The notes: generated by a model from the sequence alone, not told the origin. DNA of 64,000 nucleotides from Candidatus Levyibacteriota bacterium (GCA_027459745.1 DAIDHL010000001.1:77828-141827), one strand, 5' to 3'; shown: positions 9,901 to 20,042, counted from the stretch's first letter. Numbers and translations: made by a program.

Positions 9901-10257
9901 TTAAAAGTGAGAAGATTCTATAACCCTATATTCATATGCCAGACTCTTAGGTTTGGGAATTATGTGGATATGCAAGTGCCTTTCTGTCTCAGAAAAACAG
10001 CCTAAATATTCTTTTTTCGACCGAAATGTCTCATGTATAATCTTAATGGATATGGTTTGTATTAAATTTAGTTCGTTTATTTCATCTGGGATCAATTCAT
10101 GCAATGCTTCTGCATGCCTCTTCAGTACAATGACTATCCAACCCGAAATCGTAGTTGGGTAAGCATGATCAACGATCCAATACTTGCCATTATAGATAAC
10201 TGGACCTGGGGAAAATAACTTTTTACCGGTAAGAGATTCACAAACCTTACAAAGCAT
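9901..10257 (-). CDS. HIT-family (histidine triad) nucleotide hydrolase/transferase
   Basis: Histidine triad motif HLHIHIIPK near the C-terminus. About 118 aa, typical of Hint/Fhit-like proteins. Confidence 0.75.
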   Translation of the reverse strand: MLCKVCESLTGKKLFSPGPVIYNGKYWIVDHAYPTTISGWIVIVLKRHAEALHELIPDEINELNLIQTISIKIIHETFRSKKEYLGCFSETERHLHIHIIPKPKSLAYEYRVIESSHF

Positions 10258-10308
10258 AAACCAATTATAACGTGTTTCTAAAAAATGTGATTATTTAGAA
10301 TCACTATT

Positions 10309-11883
10309 CTAATTATCTATTCCTAGCAGAATATAGTTATACTTCGGCCATGCATGTAAAATATAATAACCAGGTAGTCTAGATTTATTTTTTACTTCAG
10401 TTAGAATCAGAGGTTTGTTAACTTTGACATAATTGTCCAATGCAGTGGAATAGGGATAGACTCCGGAAGTAAATCCTGAAAAATCTGCATAGAAAGAGAG
10501 AATATTGACGGATTTATCAGTAAAAGTCGTATACATGGATGCTGATGAAGCATAAATAACAAAAGTCTTGCTAGGGTGATCCTCCAGATATAGCTTAATG
10601 CGTGTATAAATATCGTGATAGTATGTCGCATCCTGTTTAGACGTGTAAATATGTTGTAATACCGGAGGTCCAATAACTAGAGTATTTAAAGTCTTAAGTC
10701 TCCCGGTGCCATTTTCTATACGATTAGAAATTTCTGCTGAGGTTGAAATAATTAGAAGTACTACCATAAGTGCATATAAAATAGTTCTAAACTGGAGGGG
10801 TTTTCTTGTTTTTAATTCTAAATAAAGAGGAATAAAGAAATATTGATAGAGCAGGTAGCAGCTATAGGTAAAGATGGGGGTTAAGGCCCAATAAAGATGA
10901 CTCGTTTCATTGATGGGATAAGGATAATATTGCAGACAAGTAGCAATGCCCAGCAGAGATATACCTAGCATGGTAATAGCAGAGGTGTTATTGTTAGATT
11001 TGTGTAGTATCCATATTGATTTTATGAGAATAAAAACATAAAGCAATGGAACAATGACCCAGATATATAAGAAAGGATTATAAAAATAAGGAACAATTGT
11101 GTAATCTTTACCCAAAATTCTGCCCCAGATATAGCCGATTCTAATTTCTTGCAAGAAAAAATCATGCAATGCTCCATTCGCGATAAGCCAAATTAATAGT
11201 ATAAGACCTATCAGAATTAATCCAGTCCATAATGAAATCAGGGCGTAAATTAGATATTTAATGTTTATTTTTCGAAAGAAAAAAAGTAATAAATAGAACA
11301 CACTAAAAATGAAGAAAAAAATAAAGAAAGGTTGCTTAGACAATGTACTCAATGCAAATAAAATACCGATAAAAAAGGTTGTTTTCAGATCAGGAATAGT
11401 TGTTGTCCTGTAAATAAACACAAAAAAAGCGATAGTAATAAAAAAAGTAGCTACAACGTTGGGCCAGATGTAAAAATTGCTATTGAACACCGGTGATAAA
11501 CAAAGCCACAACAAGGTAAAAATAAGTGAGAGTACTTTAGAAGTAAATTTACGTGATATAAAATAAAGAAGAGTTCCATTTAAAGAATATATAAATGCCG
11601 TCCAGAGTTTAAGTGAAATTAAATATGGTCCAAGTAATCTAAGAATCAATGAGTCTAATAGTATATAAAGAGGACCATATTGTGTGAAAGTGTCGCGGAA
11701 AAGCATTTTTCCATTCATAAGATCTAAAGCCGGTTTAAACATCACTCCGTCATCGACCATATCTACTCCTCTAAATGTAAAAGGTAAGAGTACAAGAAAT
11801 ATTATTAGTGCTAATGTTACTGCGAATAAAATATCAGCTAATTCCAAGTTTAATATTTTCATTACCGACTTTTTTACTCTCAT
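10309..11883 (-). CDS. GT-C-fold membrane glycosyltransferase (ArnT/PMT_2, GT39/GT83-like)
   Basis: 524 aa with about 12 TM helices. An N-terminal periplasmic-loop acidic motif (VDMVDDGVMF...LFRDTF) resembles the DE-containing loop of GT-C enzymes. Co-directional with the downstream HIT gene. Confidence 0.55.
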   Translation of the reverse strand: MRVKKSVMKILNLELADILFAVTLALIIFLVLLPFTFRGVDMVDDGVMFKPALDLMNGKMLFRDTFTQYGPLYILLDSLILRLLGPYLISLKLWTAFIYSLNGTLLYFISRKFTSKVLSLIFTLLWLCLSPVFNSNFYIWPNVVATFFITIAFFVFIYRTTTIPDLKTTFFIGILFALSTLSKQPFFIFFFIFSVFYLLLFFFRKINIKYLIYALISLWTGLILIGLILLIWLIANGALHDFFLQEIRIGYIWGRILGKDYTIVPYFYNPFLYIWVIVPLLYVFILIKSIWILHKSNNNTSAITMLGISLLGIATCLQYYPYPINETSHLYWALTPIFTYSCYLLYQYFFIPLYLELKTRKPLQFRTILYALMVVLLIISTSAEISNRIENGTGRLKTLNTLVIGPPVLQHIYTSKQDATYYHDIYTRIKLYLEDHPSKTFVIYASSASMYTTFTDKSVNILSFYADFSGFTSGVYPYSTALDNYVKVNKPLILTEVKNKSRLPGYYILHAWPKYNYILLGIDN

Positions 11884-12057
11884 GAATATATTTTATACTA
11901 CTAACGTAATATAACTTATACCAATGCTAAAGATAAGTAAATTATTAATAGATTCTTTTCATTAAAATGAAGTAATATTATTAATTGTTTAAAGAATCAA
12001 AAATCTCCTTGCATACATTTTTATTACAAATTTATTGACATTCTCTAACAGTTGACT

Positions 12058-12086
12058 TTGACAAGTATATTTTAGTCTGTTATATT
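12058..12086 (+). promoter_or_regulatory. Near-consensus sigma70 promoter of the GH8 gene (-35 TTGACA 12058-12063, 17-nt spacer, -10 TATATT 12081-12086)
   Basis: Read directly from the sequence. It is preceded by two further TTGAC copies (12035, 12052). The ATG at 12100 is reached by a very short leader. Confidence 0.4.
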
Positions 12087-12099
12087 CTCCACTCTGCCT

Positions 12100-13626
12100 A
12101 TGAAAATAGTTAGACCTAGCAAATTCATTCTTTCAGGATTTTTAAGTCTTTTTATATTATCAGCTGGTATTTTGGTTCGTATTCCAATTACTTCCGCTGA
12201 TTCTACCAACCCTCCACAAATTTCCACTACTGCTCCTTCTTCCAATACCATAACTATTACTTTAACATTTACACAATCTGTACCCCAAGGTAATATAATC
12301 GATCTGGAATTATATAACTCTTCACATCAAAAATCATTTCAATCATTTACGACTGCGGGGGGAACCACATATACTGTCACTACAACAGCTTTGCCAGCTG
12401 GAGTTTACACAGTTGAATCAGGACTTTTTAATCCTAATTGGTCTAGTAATTATGCCTGGTTTTCTAATCTATCAACAGTAACCATCTTTTCAACCTGTGG
12501 ACCAGTAGTTACCCAAAACAGTACTTCCACAGTCAGTTCTTCAGCAGTCAATGTGGTACCTTCACCTACAATTATAACCACAACACCTACAGTTATTCCT
12601 GTTTCTCCTACGCCGACTTCCACAGTTCAAACAGCTAATACAAATTTAACAGTATATAATGCAGCTCAAAATGCTTACAACCAGTGGAAGTCTATTTATG
12701 TGAAATCAGTAAGTTCTGGTGTCTTAAGGGTAATTCGTCCTGAAAATAATAATGACACAGTCAGCGAAGGAATTGGCTATGGTATGTTATTGAGTGTTTT
12801 TGCTGGAGACAGAACAACATTTGATGGATTATGGGCATATGGACAAAAGTTTCTAGACGGAAAAGGACTTATGAATTGGAATATTGATCAAAATGGTAAT
12901 GTAATTGGGCAAGGATCTGCCACAGATGCAGATGAGGATATGGCATATGCATTGATCAAGGCTAATTCCAAATGGCCAAATAGTGGATATGACAATGCAG
13001 CACGTAATCTAATTGATCATATGAAGTCCACTGAGTTGATTAGTGGCAACTATCTAAATCCTGGAGATAATTGGGGACAAACTAATGTTATGAATCCTTC
13101 ATATCTCGCACCTTCATATTATCGTTCATTTGCTCAAATTACAGGTGATAATGATTGGAATTATATAGCTTCATCTAGCAGTTCATGGCTGAATCAAGCT
13201 GCCAACTCAACTACGGGTCTATTGCCTGATTGGTTAAATAATAACTTCTCCAATGCTAATATTTCTTTCGATCAGTATACCAATGATTTTTATTATGATG
13301 CGGTGCGAACACCTATTCGTTTACTCCTGGATTATAAATCTAACGGTGATACAAATGCTCAGAATATCTTACAAAAGCAATCAAATTTCTTTACTAAAGT
13401 TGGTTTAAGTAATTTAAAAAGCGGATATACCTTATCTGGTCAAGCAATATCTTCATATTTAGATACTACGTTTATTGCAGCCTATGCTGCAGCTGGTCAA
13501 GTTAATCCCACTTCCTCCTATGCACAACAGAGCCTTAGTGAGTTAATTAATAATTCACCAACAGGTTATTATGGCACATCTCTACGAGCAATTACTTTAT
13601 ATATAATAGCTGGAGCTGCAGAGTAG
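12100..13626 (+). CDS. Secreted glycoside hydrolase family 8 (endo-beta-1,4-glucanase/chitosanase-type) with a Thr/Ser/Pro-rich linker
   Basis: Signal peptide, then a T/S/P-rich low-complexity region. The GH8 catalytic core carries SEGIGYGML and the family signature ATDADEDMAYALI. Confidence 0.8.
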   Translation: MKIVRPSKFILSGFLSLFILSAGILVRIPITSADSTNPPQISTTAPSSNTITITLTFTQSVPQGNIIDLELYNSSHQKSFQSFTTAGGTTYTVTTTALPAGVYTVESGLFNPNWSSNYAWFSNLSTVTIFSTCGPVVTQNSTSTVSSSAVNVVPSPTIITTTPTVIPVSPTPTSTVQTANTNLTVYNAAQNAYNQWKSIYVKSVSSGVLRVIRPENNNDTVSEGIGYGMLLSVFAGDRTTFDGLWAYGQKFLDGKGLMNWNIDQNGNVIGQGSATDADEDMAYALIKANSKWPNSGYDNAARNLIDHMKSTELISGNYLNPGDNWGQTNVMNPSYLAPSYYRSFAQITGDNDWNYIASSSSSWLNQAANSTTGLLPDWLNNNFSNANISFDQYTNDFYYDAVRTPIRLLLDYKSNGDTNAQNILQKQSNFFTKVGLSNLKSGYTLSGQAISSYLDTTFIAAYAAAGQVNPTSSYAQQSLSELINNSPTGYYGTSLRAITLYIIAGAAE

Positions 13627-13717
13627 AATTTAACTTTAATAACGATAAATTACGAGCATCTGGGGAGTTATTTAATACTTAGACAATTTTGCGTGTATCC
13701 GTTATACTAACGGCAAG

Positions 13718-15142
13718 ATGCTCAAGCCAGTTTGGGATAGTAAAACTTCTCAGAATTTCAATTCTAATTTTGACTGTTATATTGCTGAAGCACTGTTGTG
13801 TGAAGGACGTTCATTTAGGAATGAAGCTGAAACAATCAAAAAATATAAGGTTTCCTCCTTACAACAATTAGCTATAAAGCAAGAAGAACTATTAAATCAA
13901 TTTCCTCAACTTTTAAGATTATTTTCCCAAATTGAAATGCCGTTAGCAAGAGTTTTGTATCACATGGAACAAAGAGGTATTTTGCTTGATACAGCCCATT
14001 TAAAACATGTAGGCCAACAAATTGAAGGTCTGATCTTAGAGTTAGAAGAAAAAATTAATAAAGAGACTGGGGGAGGAGTGAATATAAATTCTCCTATACA
14101 ACTTGGGCATTTTTTAGTTGAAAAAGTTGGAGTACCCTTAGGCAGAACCAAAACGGGTAAATATGCTACAAATGAAGGTGAATTATCACTCTATAAAGAC
14201 CAATTTCCAATTATTTCATTGCTGTTAAGCTATCGTGAATTAACGAAATTACGTTCAACTTATGTAGAAAGCTTAATTACCAAAGTAGACGGACAGAGTC
14301 GAGTGCATACAACTTACAATCAGGTCTATGTTAATACTGGACGTTTAGCATCATCAAATCCCAATTTGCAAAACATTCCCGTTTCTTCGCCGATTGGCTT
14401 AGAAATTAAATCGTGTTTTGTTGCTTCACCAGGTATGAAACTTGTGTCTTTTGATTACTCTCAGCAAGAGTTAAGGGTTCTGGCGCATCTGGCTGGTGAA
14501 AAAGAATTGATCAAAGCCTTTCAGAATAATCAAGACGTCCACACCTTGACTGCCAGTAAGCTATTCAATATCCCATATGAAAATATTTCCAAACAACAAA
14601 GAGCGGTAGGCAAAACCATCAATTTTGGTATCATTTACGGCATGAGCAGTTATGGTATGAGTACTGGTTTGCATATCTCCGAAACAGATGCTGCACAGTT
14701 TATTAAAAATTTTTACACCTCATATCCAAGTATTAAAACTTATTATGACGAATATTTGAAAAATGCCAAGATTAATGGTGTAGTTGAGACATTATTAGGA
14801 CGCAGACGTTATGTTTTTGATTTTCCTGGGCAGAGGTTTATTAGCAATAATATGCGTAGAGTTTTAATGAACTACCCTATCCAAGGGTCAGCCGCTGACT
14901 TGATGAAAAAAGCAATGGTAGAGGTACAGGAAAAAGTTTTAAACAATCATCCGGAAATTTATTTATTACTTCAAATTCATGATGATTTAGTTTTTGAAAT
15001 CCCTGACAAGGATGAAGCTAAATTAAATCAACTTATTGAGGAAATTAAAAAATCATTATGTCTGGTCTACCCTTTGGCAGTGCCTTTAGTAGTTGATGTT
15101 AAAATTGGTAAAAAATGGGGTGAGTTAGAAAGTGTTAAATAA
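13718..15142 (+). CDS. polA: Family-A DNA polymerase, polymerase domain only (PolA/Klenow fingers-palm-thumb; no 5'-3' or 3'-5' exonuclease domains)
   Basis: Motif A is DYSQQELRVLAHL, motif B is RAVGKTINFGIIYGMS, and motif C is QIHDDLVFE. The 474 aa align to roughly the E. coli Pol I 520-928 region. Upstream there are only 91 nt of intergenic DNA after the GH8 gene. Confidence 0.85.
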   Translation: MLKPVWDSKTSQNFNSNFDCYIAEALLCEGRSFRNEAETIKKYKVSSLQQLAIKQEELLNQFPQLLRLFSQIEMPLARVLYHMEQRGILLDTAHLKHVGQQIEGLILELEEKINKETGGGVNINSPIQLGHFLVEKVGVPLGRTKTGKYATNEGELSLYKDQFPIISLLLSYRELTKLRSTYVESLITKVDGQSRVHTTYNQVYVNTGRLASSNPNLQNIPVSSPIGLEIKSCFVASPGMKLVSFDYSQQELRVLAHLAGEKELIKAFQNNQDVHTLTASKLFNIPYENISKQQRAVGKTINFGIIYGMSSYGMSTGLHISETDAAQFIKNFYTSYPSIKTYYDEYLKNAKINGVVETLLGRRRYVFDFPGQRFISNNMRRVLMNYPIQGSAADLMKKAMVEVQEKVLNNHPEIYLLLQIHDDLVFEIPDKDEAKLNQLIEEIKKSLCLVYPLAVPLVVDVKIGKKWGELESVK

Positions 15143-15160
15143 TTATTTAAAAATAGCATT

Positions 15161-15712
15161 TTACTTTTGTAGACGAGAAAGCACTTTATCAAAATTTCTT
15201 AATAAAATTTTCTTCAAGTTATTTTTCCCATTAATTTTTATTGTTCGGTTACTTTGCCGTATTGCTTTTTCAATCAGTCTTTTTTGACGGGTACCAATAG
15301 CAGGTAATTCATCAAACGCAAAGAAACCAAAGTCTTTAACTTCGTCGGAAGCTTTAAATTTACCAGAGATGAATCTTCCGTAACAACTAATTTCCAGCCG
15401 GGCAGTCTCTTGGTCTGTGGACGTCTCTAGTAATTTATCTATTTTTGTTTTCATTCCTGTTTCTTCCCAAACTTCTCGTTCGGCACCATCTTTAGGATGT
15501 TCACCTGCTTTTAAATATCCACCCGGTAAGCTCCAAGGAGTCTGGCGGTATGTGTGTTCCAAAAGCAATATCTCATTTTTGTCATTAAATATAACAGCCA
15601 CAACACCTACCAAAAATTCGTCGTTAAGGAAGCGCATAATTAGTAATTGAACATGTTTAGGCAATCGTAAAAAACGCCAAGTATAGGCAATAAATCTTTT
15701 CATAACAAGCAT
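15161..15712 (-). CDS. NUDIX hydrolase
   Basis: Nudix box GGYLKAGEHPKDGAEREVWEETG. Confidence 0.8.
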   Translation of the reverse strand: MLVMKRFIAYTWRFLRLPKHVQLLIMRFLNDEFLVGVVAVIFNDKNEILLLEHTYRQTPWSLPGGYLKAGEHPKDGAEREVWEETGMKTKIDKLLETSTDQETARLEISCYGRFISGKFKASDEVKDFGFFAFDELPAIGTRQKRLIEKAIRQSNRTIKINGKNNLKKILLRNFDKVLSRLQK

Positions 15713-15743
15713 GTAAATAGTTTAACAGATTGTCGAGGATGTT

Positions 15744-18700
15744 TTATATCTGAATATTTTTGTTGCTCTTTTCTTTGTGTCTTTTTTTAAAAAGAAAAAA
15801 GATTATGACTGATAAAATCATGATTATGATAATCAATATACTCATAAAAATCCAGATTATTGGAGTAAGTGCAATATTTGTTAACTGAACTTTCAGGGTC
15901 AATGTTTGATCTTTTTGTTTTCCGGTGATGGAAATATTTTGTTCTCCGTTGTAGCCATTGTAAGCCAATATTACTTGATGGTGTCCGGATTCAATATTCG
16001 TAAAATGGGCTACGCCATTTTTATCAGTTAAAGCTTTCTGAATTTTGGAATGTAATGTGACCCAAACTCCAGCCATGGGTGTTCCTGCCAAACTCAACAC
16101 TTTTACATTAAGATTTATTCCCGTCTGTAAGACTTCTTTTTGTGCCTTAATCAGAGTTTCTGGTTGATTATTACACGGTAACTTTAGAATTTGTCCAGAA
16201 GAAAGTCCAGATGATGTTAGGTTGTTTAACTTTTCCAATTGCATATACTGGCTACCATCATTTAGTTTAGATTCTGCAATTGACCAGAGGCTATCTCCGG
16301 GTAAAACAGTATAAGTGCATAAATTTGAAGGTTGAGTTGTTAATTTTTCAGAAATAATACTGATCTTCTTATTTTGATCTGGTGACGGGGTAGGAGAAAA
16401 ATAACTAGTTGGGGCACCAGAATTAGTATTTTCACTAGAGTTAGTTTTTATTGAGGCAGTATTAGACCAATTGCCAGTAGCACATCCATTTCCTCCTCTG
16501 ACTGAAAAGTAATATGTAAGATTTGGTTGTAAATCATTAACAGTATAACTTACAGCCCCATTTTGGTCTGACTCAGAAAATGAAGTAGCGAATTGACTCT
16601 CACTAGCATCGTAACCATAACGGATATAGTAACTATCTGCATTGCCGACTGGAGTAAAATATAGAGTCACAGAGTTAGTGGTAGGATTTAATTGATAAAG
16701 ATTAGGAGTTCCAGTCGGTTGGGATTGCGAACAAACAGGAGCTTTTGGACTATTGGAGGACGAATTAGACGTTGAATTGGCAGTAGAAGCAGAACTCCAT
16801 TGCGCATAAAGCGTAATTCCATTATAAGGCATATTTATTGTGGCGCCCGGAGAATAAGAAGTTAAGGTACCGTCTGCTGCTGTATTCCATCCGGATAGAG
16901 TATATCCATTCCGCGTAGCACTTGGAAGTGTGATGTTAGTATTGTAGCCTTGAGATATCGAATTTATAGTATTGCCACCTTGTGTATTAAAAGTTATTGT
17001 ATAAGTATTCGGTGTGAAACTGGCTGTTATACTGCACGCAGCGTTAATTGCTCCTGTTGTATAAGAGTTACCACTAAGAGAGCCACTACAGCCTGTTACA
17101 GAACTTATGCTATAACCTATAGAAGCAGTAACAGTGAAAGGATATGTGTTACCGCTAACAACGTTCCAGCTACTAGGGCTGATTGTTCCCCCTGAGCCTG
17201 CAGTAGCGGTTACGGGATACAGGGTAATAGACCCAGCTCCTGCTACATCTACCTCTCGATATGTTGAGGCAGATGCTCCTGCATAATCAGTTGCCGTGAC
17301 AGTCACTATTCTATTAGCACTGCCCGCTGTAGTGGTATAAAAACGTATATTTTGTAACATAGCTTGTACAATAGTATTTGTTGCTCCGCTATCAAATGTT
17401 AGTGTTAATGTTCCATTTCCCGTGACTGATCCTCCACTGGGAGAAATAGCACCTACAGGGTTACCATTGTATTTAAGTATGGTGCCAGAAACTGTAATAT
17501 TTGTTCCACTAAGAGATAATGTATCTTGAGTGATTGAATTTGAAGTTATTTGTGCAACTAAACTTCCTCCATTCCAGTTACTATCACCATCTGGATCATA
17601 TACAGTTCCTGCTGAATCCAATTGAGTTGCGCTAGCACCGGGTGAATAAGATAAAGGTGTACTATTTAAAGAAATTGTAGGCGGGTGATTAACTGCATTA
17701 ACTGTTCCGTTGGGACTAGCGGTTAAAGTATATGTTACGCCAATTAAATCTATTGTAGTAGTTCCATAAGTAAATTGGGTATCATTATTAGCTACCCCAG
17801 AACCATAATCTCCAGTCGTTGCTCCTGAGACAATATGATTAACATCAACAGTATCTACAATCTGTCCATTATTTTCTAGAAGTAATTTATCATTACCGTG
17901 GAAATCCCAAATCCTGTCTTGAGTAGCATTGTCTGCTGAATCTACGACGAAAGTAGTATCTGTACCTAGACCAAATAACTCATTACTACCACCTTTTCCG
18001 TTAATGGTAGCGCTACCAGTACCGTAATTGGGGAAATTTCTTAGCAAGTTTTGTAAAACAGAAAGTGTAAAATAATTATAAATAGCCCCACTTGCGTCAT
18101 AATACCAGTGCTGATTAGTATCCCCATTTTGTGCGTTTGTGGATCCACTTCCGCCTTTAGCTCCGCCAAATCCGCCACCGCCACCCCCATTGTAACTGTT
18201 ATATGCTCCTCCCAACCCTTGATTATTTAACCAGTCATAACCTGAATTGCCGCCATTACCGCCGATAGAACCAGTAGCATTTACGCCATTACTAACACCA
18301 TTACATGTAACCATTGGTCCATTTGTGCCACCGTTTAAAGTTCCTCCACCACCGCCGCCTCCGCATATACCTCCAGTTGCTCCACCGGGGGGTGCACCGA
18401 AGTTTCCTCCTGCAGCTCCGCCACCGCCTCCTCCCAAACCCCCGTCGCCGGGATAAAAAGCTCCGGCAGCCGTATCTCTACCGTTAAACCCATGACCAAA
18501 AATAATGTCGTTGCCTGAGCCACCTGTTAAAGTATTGTTACCACTTCCTCCATATCCTCCACGTACATCAGGTGTATAACCAACAGAGCGCCCTCCTGCA
18601 CCGCCACCGCTGCCGTTACCAAAAATGACATTATTGGCTGAGCTGGTGGCTAGATTAATAGTGACGTCTGCACTACCGCCATTTCCTCCAGCAGCGCCGG

Positions 18701-18866
18701 TAGATCCTCCCGCACCGCCACCCCCTGCACCAGTACCGATAACAAAATATCCGCCTGAAGCAAAAGCATGAGTAGAAATTTGCAAGAATAAGCAGCTAAA
18801 AAAGAAAAATATACCAACTATACGCCAATGCCACATAATCAAAGCAGGAATATATCCCGTGTACAT
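15744..18866 (-). CDS. Large glycine-rich cell-surface protein (signal peptide, GGxGG tracts, Listeria-Bacteroides/Flg_new repeat, fn3-like, LysM, C-terminal TM anchor)
   Basis: - 1040 aa with an N-terminal signal peptide.
- About 250 aa of GGAGG/GGNGG repeats, encoded by a GGN-codon tract at about 18.1-18.8 kb.
- InlB-type B-repeat (YTITFNTQGG...GYTLSGWNT...LYAQW).
- fn3-like segment (SVTLYFTPVGNADSYYIRYGY).
- LysM (YTVLPGDSLWSIAESKL...GQILKLP).
- A hydrophobic C-terminal helix followed by KKRHKEK. Confidence 0.8.
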   Translation of the reverse strand: MYTGYIPALIMWHWRIVGIFFFFSCLFLQISTHAFASGGYFVIGTGAGGGGAGGSTGAAGGNGGSADVTINLATSSANNVIFGNGSGGGAGGRSVGYTPDVRGGYGGSGNNTLTGGSGNDIIFGHGFNGRDTAAGAFYPGDGGLGGGGGGAAGGNFGAPPGGATGGICGGGGGGGTLNGGTNGPMVTCNGVSNGVNATGSIGGNGGNSGYDWLNNQGLGGAYNSYNGGGGGGFGGAKGGSGSTNAQNGDTNQHWYYDASGAIYNYFTLSVLQNLLRNFPNYGTGSATINGKGGSNELFGLGTDTTFVVDSADNATQDRIWDFHGNDKLLLENNGQIVDTVDVNHIVSGATTGDYGSGVANNDTQFTYGTTTIDLIGVTYTLTASPNGTVNAVNHPPTISLNSTPLSYSPGASATQLDSAGTVYDPDGDSNWNGGSLVAQITSNSITQDTLSLSGTNITVSGTILKYNGNPVGAISPSGGSVTGNGTLTLTFDSGATNTIVQAMLQNIRFYTTTAGSANRIVTVTATDYAGASASTYREVDVAGAGSITLYPVTATAGSGGTISPSSWNVVSGNTYPFTVTASIGYSISSVTGCSGSLSGNSYTTGAINAACSITASFTPNTYTITFNTQGGNTINSISQGYNTNITLPSATRNGYTLSGWNTAADGTLTSYSPGATINMPYNGITLYAQWSSASTANSTSNSSSNSPKAPVCSQSQPTGTPNLYQLNPTTNSVTLYFTPVGNADSYYIRYGYDASESQFATSFSESDQNGAVSYTVNDLQPNLTYYFSVRGGNGCATGNWSNTASIKTNSSENTNSGAPTSYFSPTPSPDQNKKISIISEKLTTQPSNLCTYTVLPGDSLWSIAESKLNDGSQYMQLEKLNNLTSSGLSSGQILKLPCNNQPETLIKAQKEVLQTGINLNVKVLSLAGTPMAGVWVTLHSKIQKALTDKNGVAHFTNIESGHHQVILAYNGYNGEQNISITGKQKDQTLTLKVQLTNIALTPIIWIFMSILIIIIMILSVIIFFLFKKRHKEKSNKNIQI

Positions 18867-19125
18867 ACATTATGTACATATATTTATTCACTCTGCAATA
18901 AGAAAAAAAATAGAATTTATGTTATATTTTAGGGTTAAAATTAGATATTATTATTGTCCAACTATCAGGTTAGTTGAGGAAAGTTCAGGGATTTTCTGCA
19001 AATAGGTGATGTTCCAGCATCAAACCAAAAAATTATATAAGAACACCTCGATGACCTTAGATTCAGCAACAAGCGAGAGGCTGTAGACTCTACATATAGA
19101 TTAAAATATTGCTATAATTAAGCCC

Positions 19126-19707
19126 ATGATTAGTGAAGACTTTGTTTATTTGGGTGTAATCATTGCAAGTATTGGAGGGTTAAGTTACTTGTTTTATACA
19201 GTTAAAGGTAAAGTAAAGCCCAATAAGGTCACATACTTATTGTGGGCTATCGCCCCATTAGTTGCATTTATTGCTGAGGTCCAACAAGGAGTTGGAGTAC
19301 AATCGCTACTTACTTTTATTGTTGGATTTTTACCTTTGTTAATATTTATTGCCTCCTTTTTTAACAAAAAATCAGAATGGAGGATTACTAAGTTTGATCT
19401 TTTATGTGGAGGGCTATCTATCATAGGTATCATTTTTTGGTTATTAACCCAAGTAGGGAATATAGCTATCACTTTTAGCATTTTGGCAGATGGTTTGGCC
19501 GCTTTACCTACGTTAGTCAAGGCATATAAATATCCGGAAACAGAAAGTGGATGGACTTATTTAACTAATAGTTTTAGCTCTGCGATAACACTTTTGACAA
19601 TAACTAAATGGACTTATGCATCTTACGCCTTTCCTGTTTATTTATTCATTATCTCGTTTCTGATCTATGTTTCAGCTAGTTTTAAAATAGGAAGGCACTT
19701 AAGATAA
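19126..19707 (+). CDS. Polytopic membrane protein (about 6 TM), unknown function
   Basis: Hydrophobicity pattern only. Confidence 0.5.
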   Translation: MISEDFVYLGVIIASIGGLSYLFYTVKGKVKPNKVTYLLWAIAPLVAFIAEVQQGVGVQSLLTFIVGFLPLLIFIASFFNKKSEWRITKFDLLCGGLSIIGIIFWLLTQVGNIAITFSILADGLAALPTLVKAYKYPETESGWTYLTNSFSSAITLLTITKWTYASYAFPVYLFIISFLIYVSASFKIGRHLR

Positions 19708-19748
19708 TATATTACCAAGAATGCTGTCTTTATATAGGTCTAAAGTGT

Positions 19749-20042
19749 ATGGATTTATATCAAAAATTGTTAGTTATGATAGAAATATTTAAAATAGAGC
19801 CACCAATAACCGTTAAAGTAGGAAAAAATAACGTGGACGTGTCAAGTTTGAGAAGAGATATTGACAGAACTGGCGTACAACCTCCAGCATATATGCTAAT
19901 TACCCTTAGACAGGGAAGCGAATTTGGAGCTAATAGTTATGGCGTTCTTCATGTGGAAAAAACTGTTTTTGAGGCAGTTCTTAATGATGCTAATAGTTCC
20001 CCCAACTATAAGGTAACTATAAACAAAACCCCCCTTAGATAA
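19749..20042 (+). CDS. Hypothetical small protein
   Basis: 97-aa ORF with no recognisable motif. Confidence 0.35.
   Translation: MDLYQKLLVMIEIFKIEPPITVKVGKNNVDVSSLRRDIDRTGVQPPAYMLITLRQGSEFGANSYGVLHVEKTVFEAVLNDANSSPNYKVTINKTPLR

Noticed and set aside
13689-13871. 60-aa ORF overlapping the start of the PolA-like gene
   Set aside because: It is out of frame with, and largely inside, the strongly supported polymerase-domain ORF. It has no SD and is likely spurious.
18100-18760. G+C-rich, quasi-periodic repeat tract that superficially resembles a repeat array
   Set aside because: It is the in-frame GGN (glycine) codon tract of the large surface-protein gene on the minus strand. The units have no uniform length and there is no spacer architecture, so it is not CRISPR or a satellite. 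The antisense poly-Pro ORFs (18247-18456, 18335-18523) are mirror artefacts of it.
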